The position numbers and the translations under genes are program-made. From an uncultured Planctomycetota bacterium (GTDB taxonomy: Bacteria; Planctomycetota; Planctomycetia; Isosphaerales; Isosphaeraceae), in assembly GCA_963737655.1 (NCBI GenBank), contig CAVTTN010000002.1, positions 3,616,001-3,680,000 on the forward strand: a stretch of 64,000 nucleotides of DNA, read 5' to 3'. Shown here one piece after another: positions 43,401 to 53,033 of this stretch; within the stretch, counting starts at the first letter, position 1, and every line of letters begins with the position of its first letter. Under the pieces are notes generated by a model. It had not been told where the DNA came from. It saw only the letters and a list, made by a program, of their open reading frames with translations, and searched no databases.

Positions 43401-44915
43401 CCCCTGACCAACCGCACGCAGAACAGCGCGGTGAACGCCAACCCGCTCGGCCCCCAGATCCCCGGCGGGGTCCTGGACCCGACGAACCTCCAGGTCCAGG
43501 CCGCCGCCATGAGCAACGGGGGCGCCTTCACGCCTCCGGTGGCCATGAAGACCGAGGAAGGCCAGACGTTCGAGAGGACCGACCGGCCCGATTTCATGCC
43601 CCTGATCAACCTGATCAAGGCCTCGGTCCAGCCCGGGACGTGGAATGACTTCCACGGTTCGAGCGACATGAACGGCGCCTACGGCCAGGGGGCCGGCATG
43701 GCCGGCGGAGGCGCCGGCGGCGAGCCGGATGCCCAGATCGGCACGATCACGCCGTTCTACCTCAACATCAGCCTGATCATCCGCCACACCGCCGAGGTCC
43801 ACGACGACATCGTCGACCTCCTCCGGCAGCTCCGGCGGCTCCAGGACTTGCAGGTCTCCATCGAGGTCCGGTTCATCACCGTCAGCGACAGCTTCTTCGA
43901 GCAGATCGGCGTGGACTTCGACTTCTCGATCCAGTCCGACGCCATCGGCCGCAAGAGCACCCTGGCGAACGTCAACCCGGCCGTCCTGCCCGGGGCGAAC
44001 ACCACCGGTACCAACGTGACCGGGGGCACCACCGCCACCACCGCCGGGACGAACGATTACATCGTCAACCCGATCCGCGACCACGCCATCGGCAGCAAGG
44101 CGCCCTTGATCGTCGGCCACACCGGGGCGAGTACCGGCAACGGCAACCCGGGCGACTTCACGCCCGACTTCCAGTTGCCGTTCACCCAGGGGTCGGCCGG
44201 CGTGATCTCGCCGTTCAACGCCCTGACCGGCAACACGGCGGCCACCTTCGGGATCGCGTTCCTGAGCGACCTGGAAGTCTACCTGTTCATCACGGCCGTC
44301 CAGGGAGACACGCGGTCGAACATCGTCCAGGCGCCGAAGGTCACCTCGTTCAACGGGGCCCAGGCGTCGGTGTTCAACTTCACCTCCCGGAACTACGTGG
44401 CGACGCTCACGCCGATCGTCGGGGCCGGGGCCGTGGCCTTCTTCCCCACGATCGGCCAGGTGCCCGACGGCGTGACCCTGATCGTCACCCCGGTCGTCTC
44501 GGCCGACCGCCGGTACGTCCGGATGACGCTCGCGCCCAACTTCATCACCTTCACGCAGTTCGACACCTTCACCATCCCGGCGGCCGTCGGCGGCGGCGGC
44601 CTGGGCGGCCAGTCCTCGGCGATCAACGCCCAGGTCCAGCTCCCGGTCTTCTCGCTGACCAACGTCTCGACCACGGTGACCGTGCCCGACGGCGGGACGG
44701 TGCTCCTGGGCGGCGTCAAGAGGCTCCGCGAGCAGAGGATCGAGGCCGGCGTGCCGATCCTGGCCAAGACCCCTCTCATTGACCGCTTCTTCCGCAACAT
44801 CGGCATCGGCCGGACCACCGACAGCCTGATGCTGATGGTCACCCCGCGGATCATCATCCTCGAAGAAGAGGAAGAGAAGCTGGGCATCCCGCCGGTCCAG
44901 AACGTCACGTTCTGA
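40497..44915 (+). CDS. Giant secretin (PilQ/GspD family) with N-terminal helical repeats
   Basis: AAGGAGG RBS then TTG; signal peptide; QVSIEVRFITV, IVQAPKVTSFNG, GVTLIVTPVVSADRRYV, TTVTVPDGGTVLLGG, GVPILAKTPLIDRFF, LMLMVTPRII. Confidence 0.9.
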   Translation: MGRLRTLTILMTLGAWGATSFGAPPDDAPPDQGLAPAPAERPAPPVDPSRYVKAAASLAKKGDPKAADYIEAADRYRDMLSADDQATLDGLKTSRTDPAPANPPADAPPALGGGLTEPASAPGGTTKDRAVRMLAQARMALADGQIEQARRFAQDAQALKAEFKASEDHPGRVLDDIDRVASGISTRGGTPTDAKQQARWLLQGAREQLAAGNYEECEKKVNEARALNIHWTLFDDTPSKVAADLAKLKPKTTAPGTRGDRTQAQAKLKQAREMLASGDYDAAEGIASEVASWNVRFSLLGDNPQKVVAAARALRKRDLTRNAGKNAQPSEALYNAAVAQARQFYNAGRLDEAEAQARRALAMNVSPSLTAERAESVMHDVSIARERAATPSPSPTAVASAPALGAAPSDPAVSPAQAPVPIVPAEPPSAAAEKAGTQLLEQGDKAGAMAKFDEARTLHQQEEAAATGLAAPAAPPALAEAPPAQAPGLGDAPPAQPPALAPVGEPAAAPALSGPAAEPLASPAGPGGDALEQARALLTNGNYPAARTAALRAKDSGAGLAADEMLAQIGQTEQQAALQIYESAIAAIRKGTDADMGHARILLNELTSLEGLDESTQQKVQDLLYKLAPERAGKAEIGTVEDKDAVEAQKLNAEVGTKVAEARRLMETDPEKAIALLLATVDQVKASGCKPAVVKNMTHRLELAVETARKDKAAFDNKMKEKGFRAEIERKRLRILEADKARKERMKDLMARAEEATAAGRYEDAEKFYGMAADLDPNEVAAIAGRTMSRIKRHYERDLRTKSAKEETALEAWQLVDESAIVSANVQRNGIEYDKGFVALTKSRRDLARRMAPVKAPEIVETEKVLNKPISLNLEKKTLGEALQYLSEMTGLNIVTDTRALAEESLTMNSPVDFKVNDLKLKTALKLMLNNMSLTYRVDEGGVVMITSPQSNRQKTETRVYQVADLVIPLTNRTQNSAVNANPLGPQIPGGVLDPTNLQVQAAAMSNGGAFTPPVAMKTEEGQTFERTDRPDFMPLINLIKASVQPGTWNDFHGSSDMNGAYGQGAGMAGGGAGGEPDAQIGTITPFYLNISLIIRHTAEVHDDIVDLLRQLRRLQDLQVSIEVRFITVSDSFFEQIGVDFDFSIQSDAIGRKSTLANVNPAVLPGANTTGTNVTGGTTATTAGTNDYIVNPIRDHAIGSKAPLIVGHTGASTGNGNPGDFTPDFQLPFTQGSAGVISPFNALTGNTAATFGIAFLSDLEVYLFITAVQGDTRSNIVQAPKVTSFNGAQASVFNFTSRNYVATLTPIVGAGAVAFFPTIGQVPDGVTLIVTPVVSADRRYVRMTLAPNFITFTQFDTFTIPAAVGGGGLGGQSSAINAQVQLPVFSLTNVSTTVTVPDGGTVLLGGVKRLREQRIEAGVPILAKTPLIDRFFRNIGIGRTTDSLMLMVTPRIIILEEEEEKLGIPPVQNVTF

Positions 44916-44951
44916 CCGGGGGACCGCGCGTCGTCTCACTTCCCGCGACCG

Positions 44952-44990
44952 GCCGCCGGGGGAATTCGTTCCCCCGGCGGCTTCGCGTTT
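44952..44990 (+). terminator. Probable intrinsic terminator after the secretin gene
   Basis: 13-bp stem GCCGCCGGGGGAA-TTCG-TTCCCCCGGCGGC followed by TTCGCGTTT. Confidence 0.65.
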
Positions 44991-45041
44991 GATACAGTCG
45001 GTCAAACGCCCCGAGCCGCCTCTCGCCGAGGACCCGGACCC

Positions 45042-45743
45042 ATGACCGCCGCCCTCCTGATCGCCGTCTCGCTCGCCCTGCCCGGCCAGAGGACCGATGG
45101 CCCCCCGCCCGATACTTACAAGCCCGACCCGGCCCTCAAAGCCCTGGACAAGAGCGGCGCCCTGTTCTTCGATCCCCGGGACCGCAGCCTCCTGATCCGG
45201 GCCCGGGTCTGCCTCCGCGAAGGCTACCTGGAGCACCTCCTCTGCGCCGAGAGGACGAAGGAACACGAATCGATCCTCGCCACCAAGGCCGACCCCCGGG
45301 CAGTCAAGGCGGGCCTGATCCTCACCGGGGCCGAGGAAGGCCACCCGGTCCGCTATCAGCCCAAGTTCGAGCCGCCGGCCGGCTCCTCGATCCTGATCCG
45401 CGTCGATTGGCTCGACGGCGACAAGACCCGGACCGCCAACGCCCGCGATTGGGTGAAGGACGGCAAGACCGGCAAGCCGATCGACAAGGATTGGGTCTTC
45501 GCCGGCAGCCAGCTCTTCCCCGACCCGGAGAGGCCCGGCAAGACGATCTTCGCGGCCGACGGCGGCGACCTCTTCACCGTCGCCAACTTCACCTCGGCGA
45601 TCCTCGACGTCCCGTTCGCCAGCACCGGCAACGACGCCGAACGCTCCTTCGTGGCCAATACCGACGCGATCCCGGCCAGGAACTCCTACGTCTCGCTCAT
45701 CCTCCGCCCCTCGAAGCCGGACGGAGCGAAGTCAAAGCCCTGA
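45042..45743 (+). CDS. Exported YdjY-domain-like protein
   Basis: Signal peptide; LEHLLC...TKEHESIL, AGLILTGAEEGHP, WVFAGS, GDLFTVANF, NTDAIP. Confidence 0.7.
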   Translation: MTAALLIAVSLALPGQRTDGPPPDTYKPDPALKALDKSGALFFDPRDRSLLIRARVCLREGYLEHLLCAERTKEHESILATKADPRAVKAGLILTGAEEGHPVRYQPKFEPPAGSSILIRVDWLDGDKTRTANARDWVKDGKTGKPIDKDWVFAGSQLFPDPERPGKTIFAADGGDLFTVANFTSAILDVPFASTGNDAERSFVANTDAIPARNSYVSLILRPSKPDGAKSKP

Positions 45744-46254
45744 GCAGGACCTCCACCGAGGGCCGATCCGCCGGATCTTCGGAACGGTAAGCGAAGACGA
45801 GCCGGCGATCGGCGGCGATCACGAAATCGCCCCCAAGCTGGTGAACGTCCCCTCCCGATCGGCTCGGCCGGCGGCCCCGGAGGATCGCGCGGACGTATCG
45901 CCAGACCACGCGAGGGCGGAGGAGCCGCCCCCACCCCGCCGAACCGAGCCCGAACGCCGAATACGCGGCGAGCTGGGGGTCCGAGACCACCGGAAACGAC
46001 CAGCCCAACTGCTCCCGATAGCCCGGGAGCCGCTCCGGAGGCTCGAACGAGACGACGAGCACCCTCGCGCCCTGGGCAAGAATCGCCTCGTAACCGCCTT
46101 GCACCTCGCCGAGGTGCTCCTGGCAAGGCAGTCAAGCCAGGTGACGGAGGAAAATCAAGAGGAGCGGATGGCCTTCCTCCTCCGAAAGGCGGATCGGAGG
46201 GCCGTCGCCGCTCTCGAACTGGAAATCCGGGACGACCCGGCCGATCTCGATCAT
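45697..46254 (-). CDS. Peroxiredoxin-like (AhpC/TSA, SelL/SelU-related) selenoprotein with a UxxC motif, 185 aa
   Basis: ORFs 46132..46401 and 45697..46104 share a frame and are separated by one TGA (46132-46134): IFLRHLA-U-LPC-QEHL...VVSDP...AYSAFGL...QLGGDFVI...DPADRP. Confidence 0.8.
46094..46131 (-). promoter_or_regulatory. Candidate bacterial SECIS hairpin
   Basis: Directly 3' of the UGA: lower stem CUGCCUU/AAGGCGG, upper stem GCACCUC/GAGGUGC, apical loop GGC starting 21 nt after the UGA. Confidence 0.65.
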
Positions 46255-46394
46255 CGATCTTCTCCCGAGCGAGAACACATCCGCCACGAGCGTCCGAAAG
46301 GCCGTCATGCCCCGCCATGATATGGGCCCGGCGGCTGCCGACGGCGAGGAAAGTCCGCCACTTCCGAGCGATCCTGGCGTCGAATCGCTCAAAG

Positions 46395-46423
46395 TTGACA
46401 TTCCTCATCAGGATGGTTATGAT
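46395..46423 (+). promoter_or_regulatory. Sigma70-type promoter for cysH and sat
   Basis: TTGACA (46395-400), a 17-nt spacer, then TATGAT (46418-23). Confidence 0.7.
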
Positions 46424-46461
46424 TCGACGAACCTCAGAGGACCATGAGGCCGGGGGATGCG

Positions 46462-47187
46462 ATGACGACGATGGTGGAGGCCGTGCCCTCGATCGATCTC
46501 GAAGCGGCAAACCGACTTCTGGACGGAGGAACGCCCCAGGACGTTCTCCGCTGGGCCGTTCAGACCTATTATCCCAGCCTGACGATGGCCACGGCGTTCG
46601 GGCCCGAAGGCTGCGCGATCCTGCACATGCTCTCGGAGATCGAGCCGAGGGTCCGGGTCTTCAACCTCGACACGGGCTACCAGTTCGAGGAGACGCTGGC
46701 CCTCCGCGACCGGATCGCCGAGGAGTACGGGATCGAGGTCGAGCTCGTCCGGGCCGAACAGACGGTCGCGGAGTACGAGGCGGCCAACGGCGGAGCGGTC
46801 TATTCGCACGACCCGGACCGCTGCTGCCACGATCGCAAGATCGTCCCCCTCCGCCGGGCGATCGTGGGCTACGACGCCTGGATCTCCTCGATCCGGGCCG
46901 ACCAGTCGTCCCACCGAGCCCGGGCGGCCACGGTGGCCCTCGACGCCAAGTTCGGGCTGGTGAAGGTCAACCCGCTCCTCCGGTGGTCCCATCGCGACGT
47001 CTGGGCCTACGTCGTGCAGAACAAGGTGCCGTACAACCCGTTGCACGACCGCGGGTACCCCTCGATCGGCTGCTGGCCCTGCACCCGGGCCGTCTCGGCC
47101 GGCGAGACCGACGAACGGGCCGGCCGATGGGCCGGTCAGGCCAAGACCGAATGCGGGCTCCACTCGATGGACAGCAGCCAGTTGTGA
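46462..47187 (+). CDS. cysH: APS/PAPS reductase with the Fe-S-type Cys motifs
   Basis: TAFG, LDTGYQFEET, RCCHDRK, KVNPL, YNPLHDRGYPSIGCWPCT, ERAGRW, KTECGLH. Start could be 46444, 46462 or 46471. Confidence 0.92.
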   Translation: MTTMVEAVPSIDLEAANRLLDGGTPQDVLRWAVQTYYPSLTMATAFGPEGCAILHMLSEIEPRVRVFNLDTGYQFEETLALRDRIAEEYGIEVELVRAEQTVAEYEAANGGAVYSHDPDRCCHDRKIVPLRRAIVGYDAWISSIRADQSSHRARAATVALDAKFGLVKVNPLLRWSHRDVWAYVVQNKVPYNPLHDRGYPSIGCWPCTRAVSAGETDERAGRWAGQAKTECGLHSMDSSQL

Positions 47188-47327
47188 TCGGCCCGCCGCC
47201 GACGATGAGAGCGGGCGAGCGGGCGGCGATTCGTCTTGTCGGATCACGAGAGATCGGCGAAAAGACCTCTTGAGATCATGGATCGACGCCCCGGATCGGC
47301 GGCGATCGTCGTTGGTTGAATCCCCGA

Positions 47328-49100
47328 ATGTCCGTCCGACCCGAAAGGAGTCCTCCCATTTCCGCGACCACCCTCAAGACGCCGGGCCTGAACACTCCGT
47401 ATGGCGGGACGCTCGTTGACCTGATCGTGGACGAGGCCCGGGCCGCGGAAATGAAGGCCACCTCAAAAGACTTCGCCAGCGTGGTCCTCGATGAGCGGGC
47501 CCTGTGCGACCTCGAATTGCTCGCCACCGGCGCCTTCTCGCCCCTGACCGGGTTCCTCGGCAAGGCGGATTACGACCGGGTGGTCGCCGAGGCGAGGCTG
47601 GCCGACGGCACGCTCTGGCCCTTGCCGGTGGTCCTGCCCGTGAAGCCCGGCGACGGCGTGGCCGAGGGCAAGACCCTGGCCCTCCGCGACGTCTACGGCA
47701 ACTTGCTCGCGTTCCTCCACGTCGAGGAGCTGTATCAGCCCGACAAGGCCGCGGAGGCCCGAGGCGCCTACGGGACCGAGGATGCCAAGCATCCCGCCGT
47801 GGCCTACCTGAGCCGCTGCCCCGACCACTACGCCTCCGGCCGGTTGGAAGTGTTGCGGACCCCTCCGCACTACGACTTCGTCGAGATCCGCCGGACGCCC
47901 AGCGAGCTCCGAGAGCACTTCCAATCGCTCGGCTGGTCCAAGGTCGTGGCGTTCCAGACCCGGAACCCGCTGCACCGGGCCCACGAGGAGCTGACCAAGA
48001 GGGCGGCCGAGCAGATCGGCGGCGGGCTGCTGATCCACCCGGTCGTCGGCGTGACCAAGCCGGGCGACGTGGACCATTACACCCGGGTCCGCTGCTACCG
48101 GGCCCTGGTGGACAACTACTACGAGCCCGGTTCGGTCGTCCTGAGCCTCCTGCCCCTGGCCATGAGGATGGCCGGGCCTCGCGAGGTCCTCCTCCACGCG
48201 ATCATCCGCCGCAATTACGGCTGCACCCACTTCATCGTCGGCCGCGACCACGCCGGACCGGGCAACGACTCCTCGGGCAAGCCGTTCTACGCGCCGTATG
48301 CCGCCCAGGAAGCGATGGCCGAGCACAAGGCCGAGCTCGGCATGGAGATGGTGGACTTCAAGCAGATGGTCTACCTGCCCGACGAGGCCCGATACGCCCC
48401 CGTCGATGAGGTCCCGCCCGGGACCAGGACGGCCGACATCTCCGGCACCCAGGTCCGCGACAATTACCTGGCCAAGGGCCTTCCGCTGCCCGAATGGTTC
48501 AGCCGCCCGGCCGTGGCCGAGATCCTGAACGAGACCAGCCCGCCGAAGTTCCGCCAGGGGCTGACGATCTGGTTCACCGGCCTCTCGGGGTCGGGCAAGA
48601 GCACCGTCGCGCACGCCCTGGTCGAGCGCCTGGCCGAATACGGCCGGAACGTCTCGATGCTCGACGGCGACGAGATCCGCACCCACCTCTCCAAGGGACT
48701 CGGGTTCAGCAAGGAAGACCGCGACACGAACATCCACCGCGTCGGCTACGTCGCCGGACTGGTCGCCCAGCACGGAGGGACGACGATCTGCGCCGTGATC
48801 AGCCCGTATCGCGAGACCCGCGACCACGCGAGGAAGGCGTCGAAGGGGAACTTCGTGGAAGTCTTCTGCGATACCCCGATCGAGGAATGCGAGAAGAGGG
48901 ACGTCAAGGGCCTGTACGCCAAGGCCCGCGCCGGCGAGATCAAGGGGTTCACGGGCGTGGATGACCCCTACGAGGCCCCCCTGCATCCCGAGGTCACGAT
49001 CGACACGAGCAAGCTCTCGGTCCAGGGATGCGCCGACGCGATCGTGGAGAAACTCCTGGAGCTGGGCTTTATCCTGCCTCACGGCCACATCGCCGACTGA
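47328..49100 (+). CDS. sat-cysC: Bifunctional sulfate adenylyltransferase / adenylylsulfate kinase
   Basis: PYGGTLVDL, GAFSPLTGF, AFQTRNPLHRAH, HFIVGRDHAG, then WFTGLSGSGKST, LDGDEIR, RDVKGLY, FTGVDDPYE. Start codon uncertain (see findings). Confidence 0.93.
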   Translation: MSVRPERSPPISATTLKTPGLNTPYGGTLVDLIVDEARAAEMKATSKDFASVVLDERALCDLELLATGAFSPLTGFLGKADYDRVVAEARLADGTLWPLPVVLPVKPGDGVAEGKTLALRDVYGNLLAFLHVEELYQPDKAAEARGAYGTEDAKHPAVAYLSRCPDHYASGRLEVLRTPPHYDFVEIRRTPSELREHFQSLGWSKVVAFQTRNPLHRAHEELTKRAAEQIGGGLLIHPVVGVTKPGDVDHYTRVRCYRALVDNYYEPGSVVLSLLPLAMRMAGPREVLLHAIIRRNYGCTHFIVGRDHAGPGNDSSGKPFYAPYAAQEAMAEHKAELGMEMVDFKQMVYLPDEARYAPVDEVPPGTRTADISGTQVRDNYLAKGLPLPEWFSRPAVAEILNETSPPKFRQGLTIWFTGLSGSGKSTVAHALVERLAEYGRNVSMLDGDEIRTHLSKGLGFSKEDRDTNIHRVGYVAGLVAQHGGTTICAVISPYRETRDHARKASKGNFVEVFCDTPIEECEKRDVKGLYAKARAGEIKGFTGVDDPYEAPLHPEVTIDTSKLSVQGCADAIVEKLLELGFILPHGHIAD

Positions 49101-49346
49101 TCCCGGAAGGGACGGCACGTCCCTCCGACCGACCTGACCTGGGCCGAGGGCCCGCCTTCGATCGCGATCGGGGGCGGGCCCTCGGCCCTTGTGGGATTCT
49201 GGGGCGTCGAGGAAATTGGGCACTTGAAGGTGACGGGCCGCTCCGCTATCAATCGATAAGGATGATCCGCCCGGGGCCCTCCCCTCCATCCCGGGCTTTC
49301 CGTCGAGGGAGAACGTGACGACGCCGCATCGCGAGGGAGGACCCTG

Positions 49347-49622
49347 ATGGATCACTTCGTCGAGCTGGACCGCCTTCCCGAAGGTTTCGCGATCCCCGAA
49401 GACTGCCGAGATCGCCTCCGGTTCGAGCCGCAATCGCGCCGGCTCCTCCATTCCGGATTCATGAGCAAGGCCGATTACGATCGCCTCTGCCTGCTCACGG
49501 ACGACTGGCCCTTCCGCCGGAAGCTCGACGAGCTTTTCCGGCTCTGCTCGTCGGCACCCTCCCCCCGGCCGAAGGGCTTGCGCCGCCTCGTCTCGTCGAT
49601 TTCCGCCCTCTGGATGGCCTGA
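49347..49622 (+). CDS. Small hypothetical protein
   Basis: GGAGG RBS before the ATG; globular-looking 91-aa sequence (GFMSKADYDRL). Confidence 0.65.
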   Translation: MDHFVELDRLPEGFAIPEDCRDRLRFEPQSRRLLHSGFMSKADYDRLCLLTDDWPFRRKLDELFRLCSSAPSPRPKGLRRLVSSISALWMA

Positions 49623-49799
49623 CGCCCCGGCTTGCCGACCTCTCCGGACGATCGCTTCGAGCCGCATTCAGAAAGGCACGCGAGTTGCTGCGAATGGGTC
49701 GCGACCGGGTCTCACCCCCGCCTCGCCCCGCCCGTTCGCCTCGACTCGTGGAACCCATCTGGACGCGGCAACTCGACGCAGCCCGTCAGGGAGGTCGGC

Positions 49800-51669
49800 A
49801 TGCAACTCGGAGCGGTCTCCGTCGCGAAGAATGGCATGTGGGTGGGCGGGGAGCCGATCCCCGGATTTCGGCTCCTCCGCCAGCTTTCCGGCGAGAATGA
49901 CCAGGAAACTTGGATGGCCGAGGGGCCGGGCCAGGTCGCGGTGTCCCTGACCTTCCTTCGAAGTCGTCCGGGCGAGGCTTCCACCGAGCCCGACCTTTCG
50001 GCGGTCCGCGCACCGCATCATCCCAACGTCCTGTGCGGATTCGGGTCGTGGACGAGGCCCGAGGGCGTCCTCGTGGGCCTGGAGCCTCACGAGCGAAGCC
50101 TCTGGGACGTGGTTCGGGAGAGGATCGAACGGGGCGCCACCGGCCTCGATCGGCAGGAGGCCCTGGACCTCCTGGCCGAGGCCGCCCGGGGCCTCGATTC
50201 GGTCCACGGCTCGGGCCCCGGATCGGGGCCTCGGTGGCTCGCGCCCACCCCGAGCCGCCTGTTCCTGGTCGGCGGCGTGGCGAAGGTCCGGCCCATCTTC
50301 GCGGACGTCGATCACATCGAGACCCGCAACCTCGCCTTCGCCCCGCCCGAGGCGATCCAGGGCCACCCCTCGGCGCTTTCCGATCCTTACGCCCTGGCCG
50401 TCGTGTACTGCGTCCTGGTCGGCGGCCGTCCTCCGTTCGTCGGGTCGGTCGAGGACGTGACTCATGGGCACCTCAACGACCCGCCCGACCTGAGCATGCT
50501 CTCTCCGGTCGATCGGCCGATCGTCGCCCGCGCCCTGGCCAAGGCCCCGGAATCGCGGTGGGCGAGTTGCGGGGCCTTGATCGCGGCCCTCCAGGACGCG
50601 GGACGCCCGCCCGTCGTGACCCCGGAACCGCCCACGCAAAACTTCAACACGCTGGCCCGAGAGGTCTTCGCCCACCGGGCCGCGTCCGTCCTCCTCCTGG
50701 GAGGCGCGGTCCTCTGGGCGTCGGGGTCGCTTCCCAGGCCCGTCATGAAGTCCGTCCAGGCGCGCGTCGAGGCCTCGGCGCCTTCGCCGTTGCCCTCCCG
50801 GCCCAGCATCCGGGCGGAAATCATCGAGCCCCGACCGGCGGCGAACCCTCTCGTCACGATCTCCGCCCCCGTGGCGCCCTGGAAGGTGAAGGCGAACCAG
50901 GAGGAACCAGCCTCGCGAGTCGTCCCGCTCTCGACAGCCTCGACCCGGCCAGCCCTCGAATCCGTGCCGGCCGGGGTCTTCACCGAAGGGGTCTATCCCG
51001 AGACGTTTCCCGCCTTCGAGAAGCCGGGCTCTCCACGAGCGCCTCCCGCCTCGGGGGAGCTTCGTCCCGAGCCTGCCGCCCATCACCGTGCCGACGGCCG
51101 AATCCTCGCCTCCGCCCGACGCCGATCGCAAGATCCTGGCCGAACGGGCCCGCGCCCAGGGCGACGAACAGTTGCGGGCCGGGAAGGTCGCCGAGGCCAT
51201 CGCCCGCTTCACCGAATGCATCCGCCTCGTGCCCGAGGACCCGATCGCCTTCAACAATCGCGGGGTGGCCTATCGCTATCAGGGCGAGTACCCCAAGGCG
51301 ATTTCGGACTACAGCGAGGCCATCCGGCTGAAGCCCTCCGACGCCGCCCCCCGGTATAATCGGGCCTTCGCCTACTTCCAGCTCGGCGATCTCGTCGGGG
51401 CCGGGGGCGACCTGGACGAGGCGTTGAAGCTCGATCCCGCGCATGTCGGCGCCCTGAGGTTGCGGAGCAAGCTCCACGCCCGTCGGGGCGACACCGCTCG
51501 CGAAGCGGCCGACCTGGCCGAAGCCGAACGGATCGATCGCTCGACCCAGGCTCGCAACGCGGCCCCGGCCACCGGGTCGGGCCGCTCCCTGGCGTCTAGC
51601 CCCGTGGGGCCGACAGGCACTCGGCAATCGATTGGCGATCCACGGGGCGAATCACCCCTCGTTCGGTGA
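49800..51669 (+). CDS. Degenerate Ser/Thr kinase-like domain, TM helix, Pro-rich linker and TPR repeats; frameshift at ~51070
   Basis: [51 protein letters not shown]; TPRs [30 protein letters not shown] and RYNRAFAY. The 3' end is uncertain. Confidence 0.7.
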
Positions 51670-52681
51670 TGATCCCGGCGATCAGCCCGGCCGGCGTCAC
51701 GTCGAATGCGGGGTTATACACATCAATTCCCTCGGGGGCGGTCGCGAGGCCGAACCCCCGGGTGACCTCCTTGGGGTCTCTCTGCTCGATCGGGATCGCC
51801 GAGCCGTCGGGGATGGTCAGGTCGAACGTGCTGGAGGGCGCCGCGACGTAGAACGGGATCCCGTGGGCCCGGGCGAGCAAAGCCACGCCATACGTGCCGA
51901 TCTTGTTCGCCGTGTCCCCGTTGGCCGCGATCCGGTCCGCGCCGACGACGACCAGGCGGACCTTCCCCTCTTTCATGACCTGGGCGGCCATGTTGTCGCA
52001 GATCAACGTCACGGGGACGCCTCGCCTCTGGAGCTCCCAGGCGGTCAGCCGCGAGCCCTGGAGCAACGGCCGGGTCTCGTCGGCGAACACCCGGAACGAC
52101 TTGCCCTGCTCGTGGGCGGCGAAGACGACGGCCAGGGCGGTCCCGTAATCGGCCGTGGCGAGCCCCTCCGGCATTGCAGTGAGTCAGGACCCCCTGCCCC
52201 GGCTCGATCAGCGCGGCCCCGAACGCCCCGATCGCCCGGCACATGGCCTTGTCTTCCTCGGCGATGGCCCGGGCCTCGGTCAGGAGCCGGTCCACCAGGG
52301 CCGGGCCGTCGAGGCCATCGGCCTCCGTCTCGGCCACCCGGTCCATCCGGTCCAGGGCCCAGAAGAGATTCACGGCCGTGGGGCGGCTGGTGCGGAGGTG
52401 AGCCGAGGCCCGGAGGAGCGCCTCGCGGACCCCCGCCCCCGTCTCGCCGCCGGACCTCGCGCCGAGGACCGCCCCGAAGGCCGCGCCGATCCCGATGGCC
52501 GGCGCCCCCGGACCCGGAGGGATCGAATCGCCTCCCAGACCTCATCCACGGTCGTCAGGTCGATCCGGAGGAACTCCGTCGGCAATCGGGTCTGATCGAT
52601 CAGGCGGACGGACCCCGAGGCGGCGTCCCCGGCCCATCCCACGGTCTCCAGGGGGCCGCCTTCGGGCGTCGGGCCGGTCAC
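51596..52681 (-). CDS. mtnA: Methylthioribose-1-phosphate isomerase; several frameshifts
   Basis: [82 protein letters not shown], spread over different frames. Confidence 0.92.
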
Positions 52682-52977
52682 AGGTCCTCGTCCCCTTCGT
52701 CCTCGTCGTCGCTCTCCTCGGGGTCGATCCACGAATAGAACTCGGCGTAGATCTCCCAGATGTTCTTCATCGCATGCTTCAGGTCGCCCGGCTTCAGCGG
52801 GCCGTGGCCGGGGGCATATCCGGCCACCTGCGCGGCGATCTTCAGAAGGTCGAGGTTCTGGCCCCTCATCCGCAGGAAGATTCGGCTCTGGGTATCCAGC
52901 TCCATCTCCAACGCCTCGTCGCCGTCCGGCGTGTGTTCGTGCTCGTGTTCGTGTTCGTGGCCAGCTTCGTCGATCAT
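52678..52977 (-). CDS. Small acidic hypothetical protein with an HEHEHEH N-terminus
   Basis: GAGG RBS; MIDEAGHEHEHEHTP...WEIYAEFYSWIDPEE; its stop overlaps the mtnA GTG start. Confidence 0.65.
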   Translation of the reverse strand: MIDEAGHEHEHEHEHTPDGDEALEMELDTQSRIFLRMRGQNLDLLKIAAQVAGYAPGHGPLKPGDLKHAMKNIWEIYAEFYSWIDPEESDDEDEGDEDL

Positions 52978-53033
52978 GGGATTCCTCGGACAGGAGAGGG
53001 GAATTCGAGCGGTCTTCAAGTCGTCGTGATGGG

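Noticed and set aside
46462..49100. sat-cysC fusion as a novelty
   Set aside because: ATP sulfurylase fused to a C-terminal APS kinase domain is an established architecture in fungi and several bacteria.
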